Shown: positions 49,656 through 60,111, counted from the stretch's first letter. The stretch is DNA of 64,000 nucleotides from Bdellovibrionales bacterium (GCA_050250255.1 JBFWOZ010000007.1:29838-93837); one strand, 5' to 3'. Notes: a model not told the origin generated them from the sequence alone. Numbers and translations: made by a program.

Positions 49656-49684
49656 GACGGGCTCATCTCCTGAGATGAGCCGTC
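49656..49684. repeat. Hairpin GACGGGCTCATCTC-CT-GAGATGAGCCGTC
   Basis: 13-bp stem with one bulged G, after the stop of 47859-49628. Confidence 0.55.
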
Positions 49685-49762
49685 CAATCTTTCTTGCTCC
49701 ATTCCCGTTCCCGGCGCTACACTAGTAGCTTCATTATTTCTTCGGCGATGGAGCATTCTTCT

Positions 49763-52450
49763 ATGAAACTCAAACGACTTGTTACGATTGGTTTGATCGG
49801 CTTTTTTGCGGGGCTACTTATTGTAGGGGCGACTCTTCTCATCGTCTCCGCGACACTTCCAAGCCTCATCACCATGAATGATTACAAACCTTTGTTAGTT
49901 TCGCATGTGTACTCCGCTAAAGGCGAAAAAATTGGTGAGTTTTTTCGTGAGAGAAGAATCATCACGCCTCCAGATCAAATTCCGGAAAAACTCATAAAGG
50001 CTTTCATCGCGGCGGAAGATGCTTCGTTCTTCCAACATCAGGGCGTGAATTTTGTGGCAATCTTTCGTGCGTTCCTCGCAAATCTTCGTGCGGGTCGCAC
50101 AGTACAGGGTGGTTCGACCATCACTCAACAGGTGGCAAAGTCTTTACTTCTCACTCCCGAGCGTACTTATACTCGTAAGGTCAAAGAGATCATGCTGGCT
50201 TACCGTATGGAAGCGCACTTAAAGAAAGAAGAAATTCTTCATCTTTACTTGAACCAGATTTACCTCGGTCAAGGGGCTTACGGTGTGGCTGCTGCTGCGG
50301 AGACCTACTTTCGAAAAGCCTTAAAAGATCTAACGGTGGCAGAGATGGCGATTCTAGCGGGTCTTCCTCAAGCGCCAAGTCGCTACACGCCGATTCACAA
50401 CCCACTTCGTGCGAAAGAGCGACAACGTTACGTTCTTGGTCGTATGGCCGAAGAAGGCTTCATCACGGAAGCCGAGGCAAAAAGTTCCATGCAAGAGCCG
50501 GTCGTGGTTTACACACGTGAAGATCTTCGCGATAAAGCTCCATTTTTTATCGAAACCGTACGTCAATATCTCGTACAAACTCTCGGAGAAGTTCCGGTTT
50601 TGGACGAAGGTTTAAAAATCTACACGAGTCTTGATCTTGAAAAACAAATGGCGGCACAAAAGAGCGTGCAAGATGGTTTAAGAGAGCTGGATAAGCGCCA
50701 AGGATTTCGTGGAGTCACAAAAAATCTTACGGATTCTCAAGAGGTCGCAAAATTTCTCGTGGAAACACGCGATGCTTTGATCGATCAGTACTTGCCCGCA
50801 CGAACAATATCTCCAGAGGGAATCGCTCTTCCAGTGAAAGAGCCACTCAACCTCAATAAAAAACCTGGCCAACCAAACCTCCCGGAGTACATTCACGCAG
50901 GCGACATCACGCAGGGGATCGTCACGAAAGTGGATGATGTCTGGGGCGTGGTGACTGTGCGTTTTGCAGAAAGCACAGGACTCATTGATCTGGAAACTAT
51001 CAAGTGGGCCCGTAAGCCGAATCCCAATGTTATGGCGAGATTTGAAGAACTCACAAAACCTTCGGCGGCGCTTAAGGCAGGCGATGTGATTGATATCAAA
51101 ATTCTGGCTGAGAAGTTCCAATCGTCTCGCATTCAAGAAATTCTTCAAAAAGAGAAAAAGAAGAACAAACAGTATCAGCCAAAAGATCTTCCGGATTTGA
51201 CTCAATTTGCCGAAGTCACTTTAGAGCAAAGCCCTACGGTCGAATCTTCGCTCATTTCTTTTGATCTTGAGAGTTCTGATATTCTTGCGATGGTGGGTGG
51301 TTATGATTTTGAACGCAACGAATTCAACCGTGCTCTGCAAGCGGTTCGACAAACGGGCTCATCGTTTAAGCCCATCGTTTACACAGCGGCTCTCGATAAA
51401 GGATACAATCCGGCTTCAACGATCGTTGATGCACCGATGGTTTTCGAAGAGGAGGGGCAGCTAGACGACAAGCAAGATTTGAATAACAGTGCACAGACTG
51501 ATGTAAAGAAGTGGAAACCTTCTAATTATTCCGAAAAATTCACGGGTGATATTCTCTTTCGAAATGCGCTCATTAAATCTCTCAATATCCCAACGATCAA
51601 AATTTTGGAAAAAGTCACGGTGGCGGAGGCGGCTAACTACGCTAAGCGCTTAGGGGTCTTTAGCCCTATGAATATGGATTTGAGTTTGGGCTTAGGGTCT
51701 AGCGGTGTGACGCTTTATGAATTAACGAAAGTTTTTTCTCACTTTGCACGAATGGGAAAACGCACCCACCCTCAATTTATTAAAAAAGTGGAAGATCAGA
51801 GTGGTAAAGTTCTTCTAGAAAAAGTATCTTTGGATTTGCGCTTTCAAGAACAAATCCAACAAATCGACACGGAGTTTGAAGAGCGAAGGCAGAAGCAAAT
51901 CGCCTCTCAAGCGCAACCGGTTGCAGAGGGCAGCGAGCCGGCCAAACACTCGCTTCTCTTTCAAGATCCCGAGCAACTCCTTTCTCCCCAAACAGCTTAC
52001 CTGATGACAAGCCTCTTGCGAGGCGTAGTGGAAGAAGGGACGGCTCAAAGAGCCAAGGGGCTCGGGCGCGTGTCGGCGGGGAAAACGGGAACCACGAACG
52101 GTTACTTTGATGCTTGGTATGTCGGTTATACCCCTCAAATCGTGACGGGCGTATGGGTGGGTTCAGATAAAGAACGCACTTTGGGACGTGGCGAAACCGG
52201 TGCATCCGCTGCGTTACCGATCTGGCTCGAGTATATGAAGGTGGCTCATAAAAAACTTCCCGAAATCAATTTCCCTGTCCCCTCAGATATTGTATTTGTA
52301 AATATCGACAATGAGACGGGACATCTCGCTTCGGCTTCTTCGAAACACGTGGTCAGACAGCCATTCCTAGAAGGCACAGAACCAAAAAGTTCAACCGAAG
52401 AAAGTAAGTCCAATGAAGAGAACTTTTTGAAAGAGGATTTAGCGGAATGA
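49763..52450 (+). CDS. mrcA: Class A penicillin-binding protein 1A
   Basis: AAED, GGSTITQQ, RKVKE, YLNQIYLG; SSFK, SLN, KTGT. Confidence 0.93.
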   Translation: MKLKRLVTIGLIGFFAGLLIVGATLLIVSATLPSLITMNDYKPLLVSHVYSAKGEKIGEFFRERRIITPPDQIPEKLIKAFIAAEDASFFQHQGVNFVAIFRAFLANLRAGRTVQGGSTITQQVAKSLLLTPERTYTRKVKEIMLAYRMEAHLKKEEILHLYLNQIYLGQGAYGVAAAAETYFRKALKDLTVAEMAILAGLPQAPSRYTPIHNPLRAKERQRYVLGRMAEEGFITEAEAKSSMQEPVVVYTREDLRDKAPFFIETVRQYLVQTLGEVPVLDEGLKIYTSLDLEKQMAAQKSVQDGLRELDKRQGFRGVTKNLTDSQEVAKFLVETRDALIDQYLPARTISPEGIALPVKEPLNLNKKPGQPNLPEYIHAGDITQGIVTKVDDVWGVVTVRFAESTGLIDLETIKWARKPNPNVMARFEELTKPSAALKAGDVIDIKILAEKFQSSRIQEILQKEKKKNKQYQPKDLPDLTQFAEVTLEQSPTVESSLISFDLESSDILAMVGGYDFERNEFNRALQAVRQTGSSFKPIVYTAALDKGYNPASTIVDAPMVFEEEGQLDDKQDLNNSAQTDVKKWKPSNYSEKFTGDILFRNALIKSLNIPTIKILEKVTVAEAANYAKRLGVFSPMNMDLSLGLGSSGVTLYELTKVFSHFARMGKRTHPQFIKKVEDQSGKVLLEKVSLDLRFQEQIQQIDTEFEERRQKQIASQAQPVAEGSEPAKHSLLFQDPEQLLSPQTAYLMTSLLRGVVEEGTAQRAKGLGRVSAGKTGTTNGYFDAWYVGYTPQIVTGVWVGSDKERTLGRGETGASAALPIWLEYMKVAHKKLPEINFPVPSDIVFVNIDNETGHLASASSKHVVRQPFLEGTEPKSSTEESKSNEENFLKEDLAE

Positions 52451-55287
52451 AAGACATTCACCTTTGGGGGGTGAAGCAGAACAATCTCAAAAACCTAGAT
52501 GTGAAAATTCCTCTAGGGTCCTTTACTGTTGTATGTGGTCCAAGCGGTTCCGGAAAAAGTTCTCTCGCTTTTGAAACTCTCTACGCAGAAGGGCAGCGCC
52601 GCTATATCGAGAGTCTTTCTAACTACGCGAGACAGTTTCTCAATAAAGCGCCAAAGCCAGATATTGAAGGTGTTGAGAATATCCCCCCAGCCATCGCGAT
52701 TGAACAGAAAAACTACGTGAAAACTTCGCGCTCTACTGTGGGCACGCATACGGAGATGCTCGATTATCTGCGTTTGCTTTACGAAAAAATCGGCGAACCT
52801 TACTGCCCGAATTGCAAAATTCCTATCGAGCGCAGTTCGGTAACAGACAGTACCGACAAAACGCTCTCTCTTTTTGAAGGTCAAAGAGGATATGTGCTGG
52901 CTCCTATCCTCAAAGAAGTACGAGTGGCTAAGGGCACGAAGCTTTTAGATATTCTTCTCAAAGAAGGTTTTTTACGTATTTATCACAAAGGTAAAGTGGA
53001 AGAGATCGATACAAAATCGAAGCTGCCGGCGGATGATTTTTTTGTTGTCGTCGATCGTATGAGTTTTAACACCGACGACCGCGGCCGTGTTGCTGATTCT
53101 ATTTCTCAAGCTTACGCCACGGGTATGAATCTCAATAAAGGAATGACAGGTGGAAAAGCCGAAGTGATCACTGTGGAAGGTGGGAAACTCCGTGTGTCCG
53201 AGGAAAACGCCTGTACAAACTGTGGTTACGTGGTGCCTCAGATCACTTCCACCTTATTTAATTTCAGTAATCCTGTGGGTGCTTGTCGTACCTGTAATGG
53301 TTTTGGAAACACGTTAGAGATTGATGTAAACAAAGTCATTCCCGATCCCACAAGAAGTATTTCTCAGGGCGCGCTCCAGCCGTTTACCATGCCGAGCGCG
53401 AGCCAAGATAAAAAAGAGCTTCTCGCATTTTGCAAAAAAGCGAAGATCGAAACTTCGGTACCTTGGGAAGATTTGCCCACAAAACATCAGAAGGCGATTT
53501 GGGAGGGCACCAAAGATTTTTTTGGTGTTAAGGGCCTCTTTGAATATCTCGAAACCAAAAAATACAAAATGCACGTGCGCGTTTTTCTTTCGCGCTACAA
53601 GAGTCCAGTCACTTGTCCCACTTGTGGTGGCACGCGACTTCGACCTGAAGCCGAATCGATTTTGATAAAGGGAAAGTCGATTACAAAACTGTCGCAGATG
53701 ACGATCGAAAAGCTCCTGATTCTCTTGCAAGAAATTGAGCTCACAAAAACTCAGAAGAAAATCTCGCAAGAAATTTTATTGCAATTGATTTCGCGTCTAC
53801 AATTTTTGGCAGAAGTGGGAGTCGAGTATCTCACGATTGATCGACCTACGCGAACGCTCTCCGGTGGAGAATACCAACGTATTCAGTTGGCCAATCAACT
53901 CGGGATGATGTTGTCACAAACTTTGTACGTGCTCGATGAACCTACAGTGGGTTTGCATCCGCGCGATAACGATCGCCTTATCGGTATTCTTAAAAAACTT
54001 CGTGATTTAGGAAATACTTTGGTTGTTGTCGAACATGATGCCGAGGTGATTAAAAATAGCTCTCACGTCATTGAAATGGGCCCAGGCTCAGGACATCTTG
54101 GTGGAGAAGCCATCTTTGCGGGAACCCGTGAAGAGTTCATGCGCTCCACAAAATCTGTTACGGTTCCTTATTTGACGCCGAAACAATGGGTGCCGCCTCC
54201 GGTGACACGACCTGTGGACCTCGAGCAATTTCGTTACGCTTTGGAACTCAAAGGTGCAAAGGGACACAATCTTAAAAACGTGGATGTGAAAATCCCTCTA
54301 CGTCGATTAACGGCGATCACAGGGGTCAGTGGCTCGGGCAAATCCACTCTCATTAGCCAAACACTTTTCCCGGCCATTGCACGCGTGCTTTCGATTGAAT
54401 TTGAAGAAGCGCAACCCTTCAAATCCCTTCACGGTGATGAGCATTTAAAAAATGTGGTCTACATCGATCAAAGACCGATCAGTCGAAGTGCGAGAAGTAA
54501 TCCGCTCACATATCTTAAAGCCTATACGGAAATCCGTGAATTGATGGCTTCAACAGAAGATGCCAAGGTTAAAAACTTCACCGCCGGTCACTTTAGCTTA
54601 AATGTGGATGGTGGTCGCTGTCCCGTCTGTCGTGGCGAGGGTTACGAAACCGTCGATATGCTTTTCATGGATGACGTGAAACTTATCTGTGATGCCTGTG
54701 ATGGCAAACGCTTTACCAAAGAGATTCTCGACATTCGCTATAAAGGTAAAAATATCGACGAGATTCTCAATATGACGGTCACGGAATCCATGGGATTTTT
54801 TGTTCCTCATCCGTCGATTCGTCAGCGCCTTCACATTCTCAAAGAGGTGGGGCTTGATTATCTTCGTCTTGGACAACCGACTTCAAATTTGAGCGGTGGA
54901 GAGTCTCAGCGTTTAAAGATTGCTCGTGAACTCAGCGAGTCCGAGCAGCGAGAAACTCTCTATATTTTGGATGAACCTACAACGGGTCTTCACTTTCGCG
55001 AAGTAGAACTTCTCATGTCGATTCTTAACCGCCTGATTGATGCAGGTGGAACCGTGATCGTCATCGAACACAATCTTGACGTCGTAAAAGCTTGTGACTA
55101 CGTGATTGATTTAGGACCTGAGGGTGGAGAAAAGGGCGGAAAGATCATTTTTGCGGGCACGCCACAAGACTTAGCAAATCAAGAAAACAGCCACACCGGT
55201 CGTTTTTTAAAACCTATTTTTGGTTTAGAACCACAAAACCGTAAACCAGCCACAAAAAATAAATCCAAAGGGGTCAGTCTTGTCTGA
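52447..55287 (+). CDS. uvrA: Excinuclease ABC subunit A
   Basis: Two Walker A (GPSGSGKSS, GVSGSGKST), LSGGE twice, Zn fingers, FSLNVDGGRC. Confidence 0.95.
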   Translation: MKDIHLWGVKQNNLKNLDVKIPLGSFTVVCGPSGSGKSSLAFETLYAEGQRRYIESLSNYARQFLNKAPKPDIEGVENIPPAIAIEQKNYVKTSRSTVGTHTEMLDYLRLLYEKIGEPYCPNCKIPIERSSVTDSTDKTLSLFEGQRGYVLAPILKEVRVAKGTKLLDILLKEGFLRIYHKGKVEEIDTKSKLPADDFFVVVDRMSFNTDDRGRVADSISQAYATGMNLNKGMTGGKAEVITVEGGKLRVSEENACTNCGYVVPQITSTLFNFSNPVGACRTCNGFGNTLEIDVNKVIPDPTRSISQGALQPFTMPSASQDKKELLAFCKKAKIETSVPWEDLPTKHQKAIWEGTKDFFGVKGLFEYLETKKYKMHVRVFLSRYKSPVTCPTCGGTRLRPEAESILIKGKSITKLSQMTIEKLLILLQEIELTKTQKKISQEILLQLISRLQFLAEVGVEYLTIDRPTRTLSGGEYQRIQLANQLGMMLSQTLYVLDEPTVGLHPRDNDRLIGILKKLRDLGNTLVVVEHDAEVIKNSSHVIEMGPGSGHLGGEAIFAGTREEFMRSTKSVTVPYLTPKQWVPPPVTRPVDLEQFRYALELKGAKGHNLKNVDVKIPLRRLTAITGVSGSGKSTLISQTLFPAIARVLSIEFEEAQPFKSLHGDEHLKNVVYIDQRPISRSARSNPLTYLKAYTEIRELMASTEDAKVKNFTAGHFSLNVDGGRCPVCRGEGYETVDMLFMDDVKLICDACDGKRFTKEILDIRYKGKNIDEILNMTVTESMGFFVPHPSIRQRLHILKEVGLDYLRLGQPTSNLSGGESQRLKIARELSESEQRETLYILDEPTTGLHFREVELLMSILNRLIDAGGTVIVIEHNLDVVKACDYVIDLGPEGGEKGGKIIFAGTPQDLANQENSHTGRFLKPIFGLEPQNRKPATKNKSKGVSLV

Positions 55288-57022
55288 GATGAAAAAGCTG
55301 TGGCCTTTTGTTAGGCCACACAAATGGAACCTCGTATTGATTTTGTTTTTTGGTTTTCTGATGAGTGCTACGACCGTAGGACTCTTACCATTTGTGAAAT
55401 TCTTTTTTGACGAAGTTTTAGAAAAAAAGAACGTGGAATTAAAATATATTATTCCGCTCGCGTTTCCTGCAATTTATCTCGTTCACGGAGCCGCTCGCTT
55501 TTTTCATCTCTATTTTCTTAAAATTACCGGCGAAAGAATCATTGCGAACGTTCGTTTGGCACTCCAAGAAAAATTTATGCACCTCAACCTCTCTTTTCAT
55601 GGAAAGTACGAAGCGGGCTCCGGGGGACTCCTGAGCCGTATTCTCAACGACATGGTGATTGTGCAATGGGGTCTTAATATTTTTGCCGATATTGTACGTG
55701 AACCAATTACGGCTATTGGACTTCTCGTTGGAATGTTTTATCTCGACTGGAAACTGACTCTTTGTATCTTGCTCGTAGCACCGCTAATTGCCGTTACCCT
55801 CAAGCAGCTTTCTAAGAGCATTCGTAAATACAGTCATATGCAGCAGTCGACGATGGAAGACGTCACCTCGGTTTTAAAAGAAACTTTAGACGGTGTGCGG
55901 GTGATTCAGTCTTTTAGCCTTGAGTCGGAGCTACGTCGTCGTCTAGATGTTGTTCTCACGGATTACTTGAGCCATCGCCGCAAAATCATTGTCCGTGAAG
56001 AAATCGCGGGTCCTATTTCGGAGGTTGTAGGGGCTTGGGTTTTTGCCGCGATCTGTATGTACATGGCCGATCAAATCATTGGGGGGAAATCGAGCACAGG
56101 AACTTTCTTGGCATTTGTAGGAGCTGCCGCTCTTTTCCAACCGCCCATTAAAAAACTGCAGGATGCCTACATTCGCCTTCAGCAAACCTTTGCGGCCACG
56201 GCTCGACTTTTTGAAATTCTTGATGATCCCAACGAAGTCCCCAGGTCAGAAAAAAATCTTCCATTTCCAAAAGACTGGAAGCAGATCGAATTTCGAAACG
56301 TTTCTTTCTCCTACGATCAGCGACCAATTTTAAAAAATATCAATATCACGATTCAAAGAGGTGAAGTCGTGGCCTTGGTTGGAGAAAGCGGGAGCGGTAA
56401 GTCCACTCTTGTGAACCTGCTAGAGAGATTTTTTGAACCTGTGACAGGCCAAATTTTTATTGGTGGCGTACTCATTGGTGATATCAATCTCCATGAATTA
56501 AGAAAAAACATTGCATTGGTTACTCAGGACGTATTTCTCTTTAAAGACACCATCGCTCGAAATATTCAGTCGGGAGATTTTGAGCGCTTTTCAAAAGAAA
56601 CCTCTCATGTCGAAAAAGTTGTCGAAAGTGTTTCTCAGTCTGCCAACGCCCATGACTTTATTCGTAATATGACCAATGGTTTTCAAACGGATGTGGGGGA
56701 ACGCGGCTCTAAACTGTCTGGTGGCGAAAAACAGCGAGTGAGTATTGCACGAGCATTTTATAAAGACGCCCCGATTTTGATTTTAGATGAAGCGACCAGC
56801 GCTCTCGATTCGACCAGTGAGGTGGAAGTGCAAAAAGGCTTAGATCATTTGATGTCGGGCCGTACCGCGTTTGTGATCGCCCATCGTTTGGCGACGGTTT
56901 CAAAAGCTGATCGCATCGTAGTTCTTAAAAACGGCGAAATCGTAGAGCAAGGCGCTCATCAAGACTTACTCACCAAAAAAGGTCAGTACTTCCAATTCTA
57001 CCAACTCCAAACCTTGCGTTAA
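55280..57022 (+). CDS. msbA: MsbA-like ABC exporter (TMD-NBD)
   Basis: TM domain plus GESGSGKST, LSGGEKQR, DEATSALD; exact orthology unverified. Confidence 0.8.
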   Translation: MSEMKKLWPFVRPHKWNLVLILFFGFLMSATTVGLLPFVKFFFDEVLEKKNVELKYIIPLAFPAIYLVHGAARFFHLYFLKITGERIIANVRLALQEKFMHLNLSFHGKYEAGSGGLLSRILNDMVIVQWGLNIFADIVREPITAIGLLVGMFYLDWKLTLCILLVAPLIAVTLKQLSKSIRKYSHMQQSTMEDVTSVLKETLDGVRVIQSFSLESELRRRLDVVLTDYLSHRRKIIVREEIAGPISEVVGAWVFAAICMYMADQIIGGKSSTGTFLAFVGAAALFQPPIKKLQDAYIRLQQTFAATARLFEILDDPNEVPRSEKNLPFPKDWKQIEFRNVSFSYDQRPILKNINITIQRGEVVALVGESGSGKSTLVNLLERFFEPVTGQIFIGGVLIGDINLHELRKNIALVTQDVFLFKDTIARNIQSGDFERFSKETSHVEKVVESVSQSANAHDFIRNMTNGFQTDVGERGSKLSGGEKQRVSIARAFYKDAPILILDEATSALDSTSEVEVQKGLDHLMSGRTAFVIAHRLATVSKADRIVVLKNGEIVEQGAHQDLLTKKGQYFQFYQLQTLR

Positions 57023-57260
57023 AAAGTGCTAGCCGTTGCGCCAGCACCGTTCAAGGAGCCTTTTATTTTAGCTCTTGTTTAGCTTGCTTATGAGACAGTC
57101 GACAGAAGATAAGCTGCTTGTTGTAAACGTTTTAAATGGATCTGAAACTTTCTTAGACGCCTGTCGAGCATTCTCAAGCGCTGCCCAAAATAGGCTCCTT
57201 TTTGGCCACCATAACCTCTTAAAATTGTTCGGATTCAGAATTTTGCCTTCTCTAAAAAAG

Positions 57261-57276
57261 GGGCACGAACTTTGGA
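57261..57276 (+). promoter_or_regulatory. Sigma-54-like promoter with variant -12
   Basis: GGCACG-N4-TTGG; consensus -24, GG instead of GC at -12. Confidence 0.45.
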
Positions 57277-57316
57277 AAAGGTCTTCTTGTTGGTTTAACT
57301 TTTTGGGGAGCTAAAG

Positions 57317-58402
57317 ATGAAGATTCTTACGATCCTTTTTATGGGCACACTTTCTTTAATGGTCGCCTGCGGAGAAATAAAATCAAAATTGGAAGGTGGC
57401 TCCAACGCCTCAACACCTATGAAGACCAACTTTAGCAGTGGACACATTGACCGCAAAGATTTGACAGATAAGCTGGAACGTCTCCACCGATTTTATATCG
57501 AGGAATTAAAACGTGACGGAGTCAATAGGCCAGAAATCGGTTTGTATAAAAACGGTAAACCCGATTTTGAGGGAATTGCGGCCTGGATTTTAGATGTCTA
57601 TTTAAACGAATTTCTAACAGGTGTGGATTGCGAACTCGCCTGGGAAAAAACTAAGGCTGCGATACAAAATGCGGCGGGAGATGAGTGGAAAAGGGCGAAT
57701 CCTGGAAAAACGCCTGAGCGACCACCAAGCCTCACTATTATTAAAAAATTTGATCGTCATGATGTGGAAGCAAAGCTTGAAGATCTTCACAGATTTTATA
57801 TTACAGAGCTAAAGCGTGATGGAGTTTTTAAACGTGAAATTGGTCTATATAAAGATGGCAAACCTGATTTCGAAGGCATCGGTACTTGGATTATGGAGAT
57901 CTATCTTAATCGCCTCCTTGAGGGGAAAGCGCCTGCCATTGCTTGGCAGTACGTGGTTTATGGCATCCAAATGACAGGTGAATGGAAAGACTTGCATCCT
58001 GGAGTGCTTCCAACCATACCAACGGGTGAAAAGGCGCCTCTACCAGAGGTCGTTGGCGAAAAAATGATTAAAGAAGTAGGACAGAATCTTCACTTACTTC
58101 AGACCTCCTGCCAAGATAAGGGTGGCAATAACAACTATCTTTACGAAGTGATCAGACGTTTACGAGCGACCGGTGACAAACGCTGGGGCCTCAATTGGAA
58201 GAGGGGTATCGTCAACGACCTCTCTCCTGATGCCATTAGTTACTATCGAGGTCCTGGACTGCCGTCAGAGGGCGCAGACGATGTCTACATTATCGATATC
58301 TTAGGTGGACATTGCGGTGATAGTCCACAGCCCGCGTGGACGGATGTAACCCGTTATGGGCCTGGTAAATGGACGCTCGAGAAATGCCCTAACTGTAACT
58401 AG
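57317..58402 (+). CDS. Lipoprotein with two ~101-aa tandem repeats and a Cys-containing C-terminal domain
   Basis: Lipobox MVAC; LHRFYIxELKRDGV...EIGLYKxGKPDFEGI twice. Confidence 0.8.
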   Translation: MKILTILFMGTLSLMVACGEIKSKLEGGSNASTPMKTNFSSGHIDRKDLTDKLERLHRFYIEELKRDGVNRPEIGLYKNGKPDFEGIAAWILDVYLNEFLTGVDCELAWEKTKAAIQNAAGDEWKRANPGKTPERPPSLTIIKKFDRHDVEAKLEDLHRFYITELKRDGVFKREIGLYKDGKPDFEGIGTWIMEIYLNRLLEGKAPAIAWQYVVYGIQMTGEWKDLHPGVLPTIPTGEKAPLPEVVGEKMIKEVGQNLHLLQTSCQDKGGNNNYLYEVIRRLRATGDKRWGLNWKRGIVNDLSPDAISYYRGPGLPSEGADDVYIIDILGGHCGDSPQPAWTDVTRYGPGKWTLEKCPNCN

Positions 58403-58488
58403 CCGTTTTGATTGTTTCAAAATGAGAAGTGCTTGTTATGGATAACGCAGTCCTGGACAAAAAGTCGACGGGCACGCTTGCTCAACTC

Positions 58489-58515
58489 TTAAGTTGTACA
58501 AATTATTGACGATAA
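58489..58515 (+). promoter_or_regulatory. Sigma-28 (FliA)-like promoter
   Basis: TTAA-N15-GACGATAA. Confidence 0.6.
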
Positions 58516-58551
58516 GTTGTTAGACACAACTATTTAGAAGGGGTGCGCACT

Positions 58552-60111
58552 ATGATTAATTGGGACGAGTTTGAGCATTTACACGTCATTAGAAAACTCA
58601 AGCAGATTTTAAATACTTGGTGGAATATCGATGTCGTTTTCACTGATGACCGCGGCCGCTTACGTGGTTTGAATAAAGAAAAAACAAAAATGGTAAACCC
58701 TGCGATTGAGCAGCTTATGTCAAAGGATGCATCGTTAGAGTCTTTGGCTGAAATTGTAAATAACGCAGTCAATGATTTGAAAGTGAGCGGTAATCGCTAT
58801 GCTCTCAAAAGATGGGATCTTGCAGGTCATGACGTGGGTGTATTCCCAATCATCATTGAGAACGACTTTGTTGGAACCGTTGTCGCTATGGGATTTTATA
58901 AAGATCCTATTCAAGAGGGAACTCTCACGGAAACTCGAGAAAGGCTCGCGACTTTTGGTTTTGCGCGTGAAATGATCGATCGTTCGATCAGCCTCATTAA
59001 GCATCTTGACGAAAAAGAGCGTTCACACTTTTGTCAGCTCGTAGACCTTGTAGCAGAAGAAATCGTGACTCTACACCTTGAAATCTCTAAACGCGAAGAG
59101 CGTATTAGCGAACTCAATAAAGAGCTTGGTAGCCGTTATAAGTATGACAGCATGATTGGTAAATCAAAACCCATGCAGCAGTTGTACTCTCTGATGGATA
59201 AAATCAAACAAGCAGAAAGCACGGTTCTTGTTCAGGGAGAAAACGGTACAGGTAAGGAATTGATTGCGAAGTCGATTCACTACAATTCTCTTCGTAAAGA
59301 TAAGGCTTTTGTCATTCAAAACTGTTCTGCTTTTAACGATAACCTCCTCGAGTCAGAACTTTTTGGACACGTTAAAGGTTCATTTACGGGTGCGGTTCGC
59401 GATAAAAAAGGTCTTTTTGAATTGGCAGACAAGGGGACATTTTTCCTTGATGAAATCGGGGATACCTCTCCTACAATGCAAGTGAAGCTCCTTCGTGTTC
59501 TTCAGGAAGGGACTTTTATTCCTGTAGGCTCTGTAGACTCGAGAAGAGTAGACGTACGTATTATCGCAGCGACAAACCGTGATTTGAAATCCATGGTTGA
59601 GCAGGGCTCGTTCCGAGAAGATTTATACTATCGTTTGAATGTTATTAACATCACCGTTCCGCCTTTGAGAGATCGTAAAGAGGACATTCCTCTACTCATC
59701 GATTACTTTCTTGATCGCGCAACAAAGGCGTCTGGAAAGCCTAAGAAAATCATTACGAAGCAAGCACTTGAAAAGCTTTATGACTACTCTTGGGCCGGAA
59801 ACATTCGTGAACTCCAAAACGAAATCGAAAGACTTGTTGTACTTGCTGGAGACGAAGTGAAAATCACCGGTGATATGTTATCTGGCCGTGTGATGGAAGA
59901 CGCTCAAAAGGGTCGCGTTCAGGGCGCCCGTATTCATGGCAAATTGAAAGACGCTCTCGATGAACTTGAAAGAGAGATGATTAAAGAAGGACTTCGTCGT
60001 ACAGGTTGGAACAAATCCAAATTGGCGAAAGAACTTGGAATCAGCCGCGCTGGTTTGATCATGAAGGTAGAAAAATACGGCCTCGATAAGCGCCGTCTTT
60101 TGAAAGCCTAA
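58552..60111 (+). CDS. Sigma-54 enhancer-binding protein with PocR/GAF-like N-terminal sensor and Fis HTH
   Basis: GENGTGKE, ESELFGH, GSFTGA, DEIG, WAGNIRE, C-terminal HTH; no receiver domain seen. Confidence 0.93.
   Translation: MINWDEFEHLHVIRKLKQILNTWWNIDVVFTDDRGRLRGLNKEKTKMVNPAIEQLMSKDASLESLAEIVNNAVNDLKVSGNRYALKRWDLAGHDVGVFPIIIENDFVGTVVAMGFYKDPIQEGTLTETRERLATFGFAREMIDRSISLIKHLDEKERSHFCQLVDLVAEEIVTLHLEISKREERISELNKELGSRYKYDSMIGKSKPMQQLYSLMDKIKQAESTVLVQGENGTGKELIAKSIHYNSLRKDKAFVIQNCSAFNDNLLESELFGHVKGSFTGAVRDKKGLFELADKGTFFLDEIGDTSPTMQVKLLRVLQEGTFIPVGSVDSRRVDVRIIAATNRDLKSMVEQGSFREDLYYRLNVINITVPPLRDRKEDIPLLIDYFLDRATKASGKPKKIITKQALEKLYDYSWAGNIRELQNEIERLVVLAGDEVKITGDMLSGRVMEDAQKGRVQGARIHGKLKDALDELEREMIKEGLRRTGWNKSKLAKELGISRAGLIMKVEKYGLDKRRLLKA

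Noticed and set aside
58470..58482. GGCACGCTTGC as a sigma-54 promoter
   Set aside because: GG-to-GC spacing is 7, not the required 10
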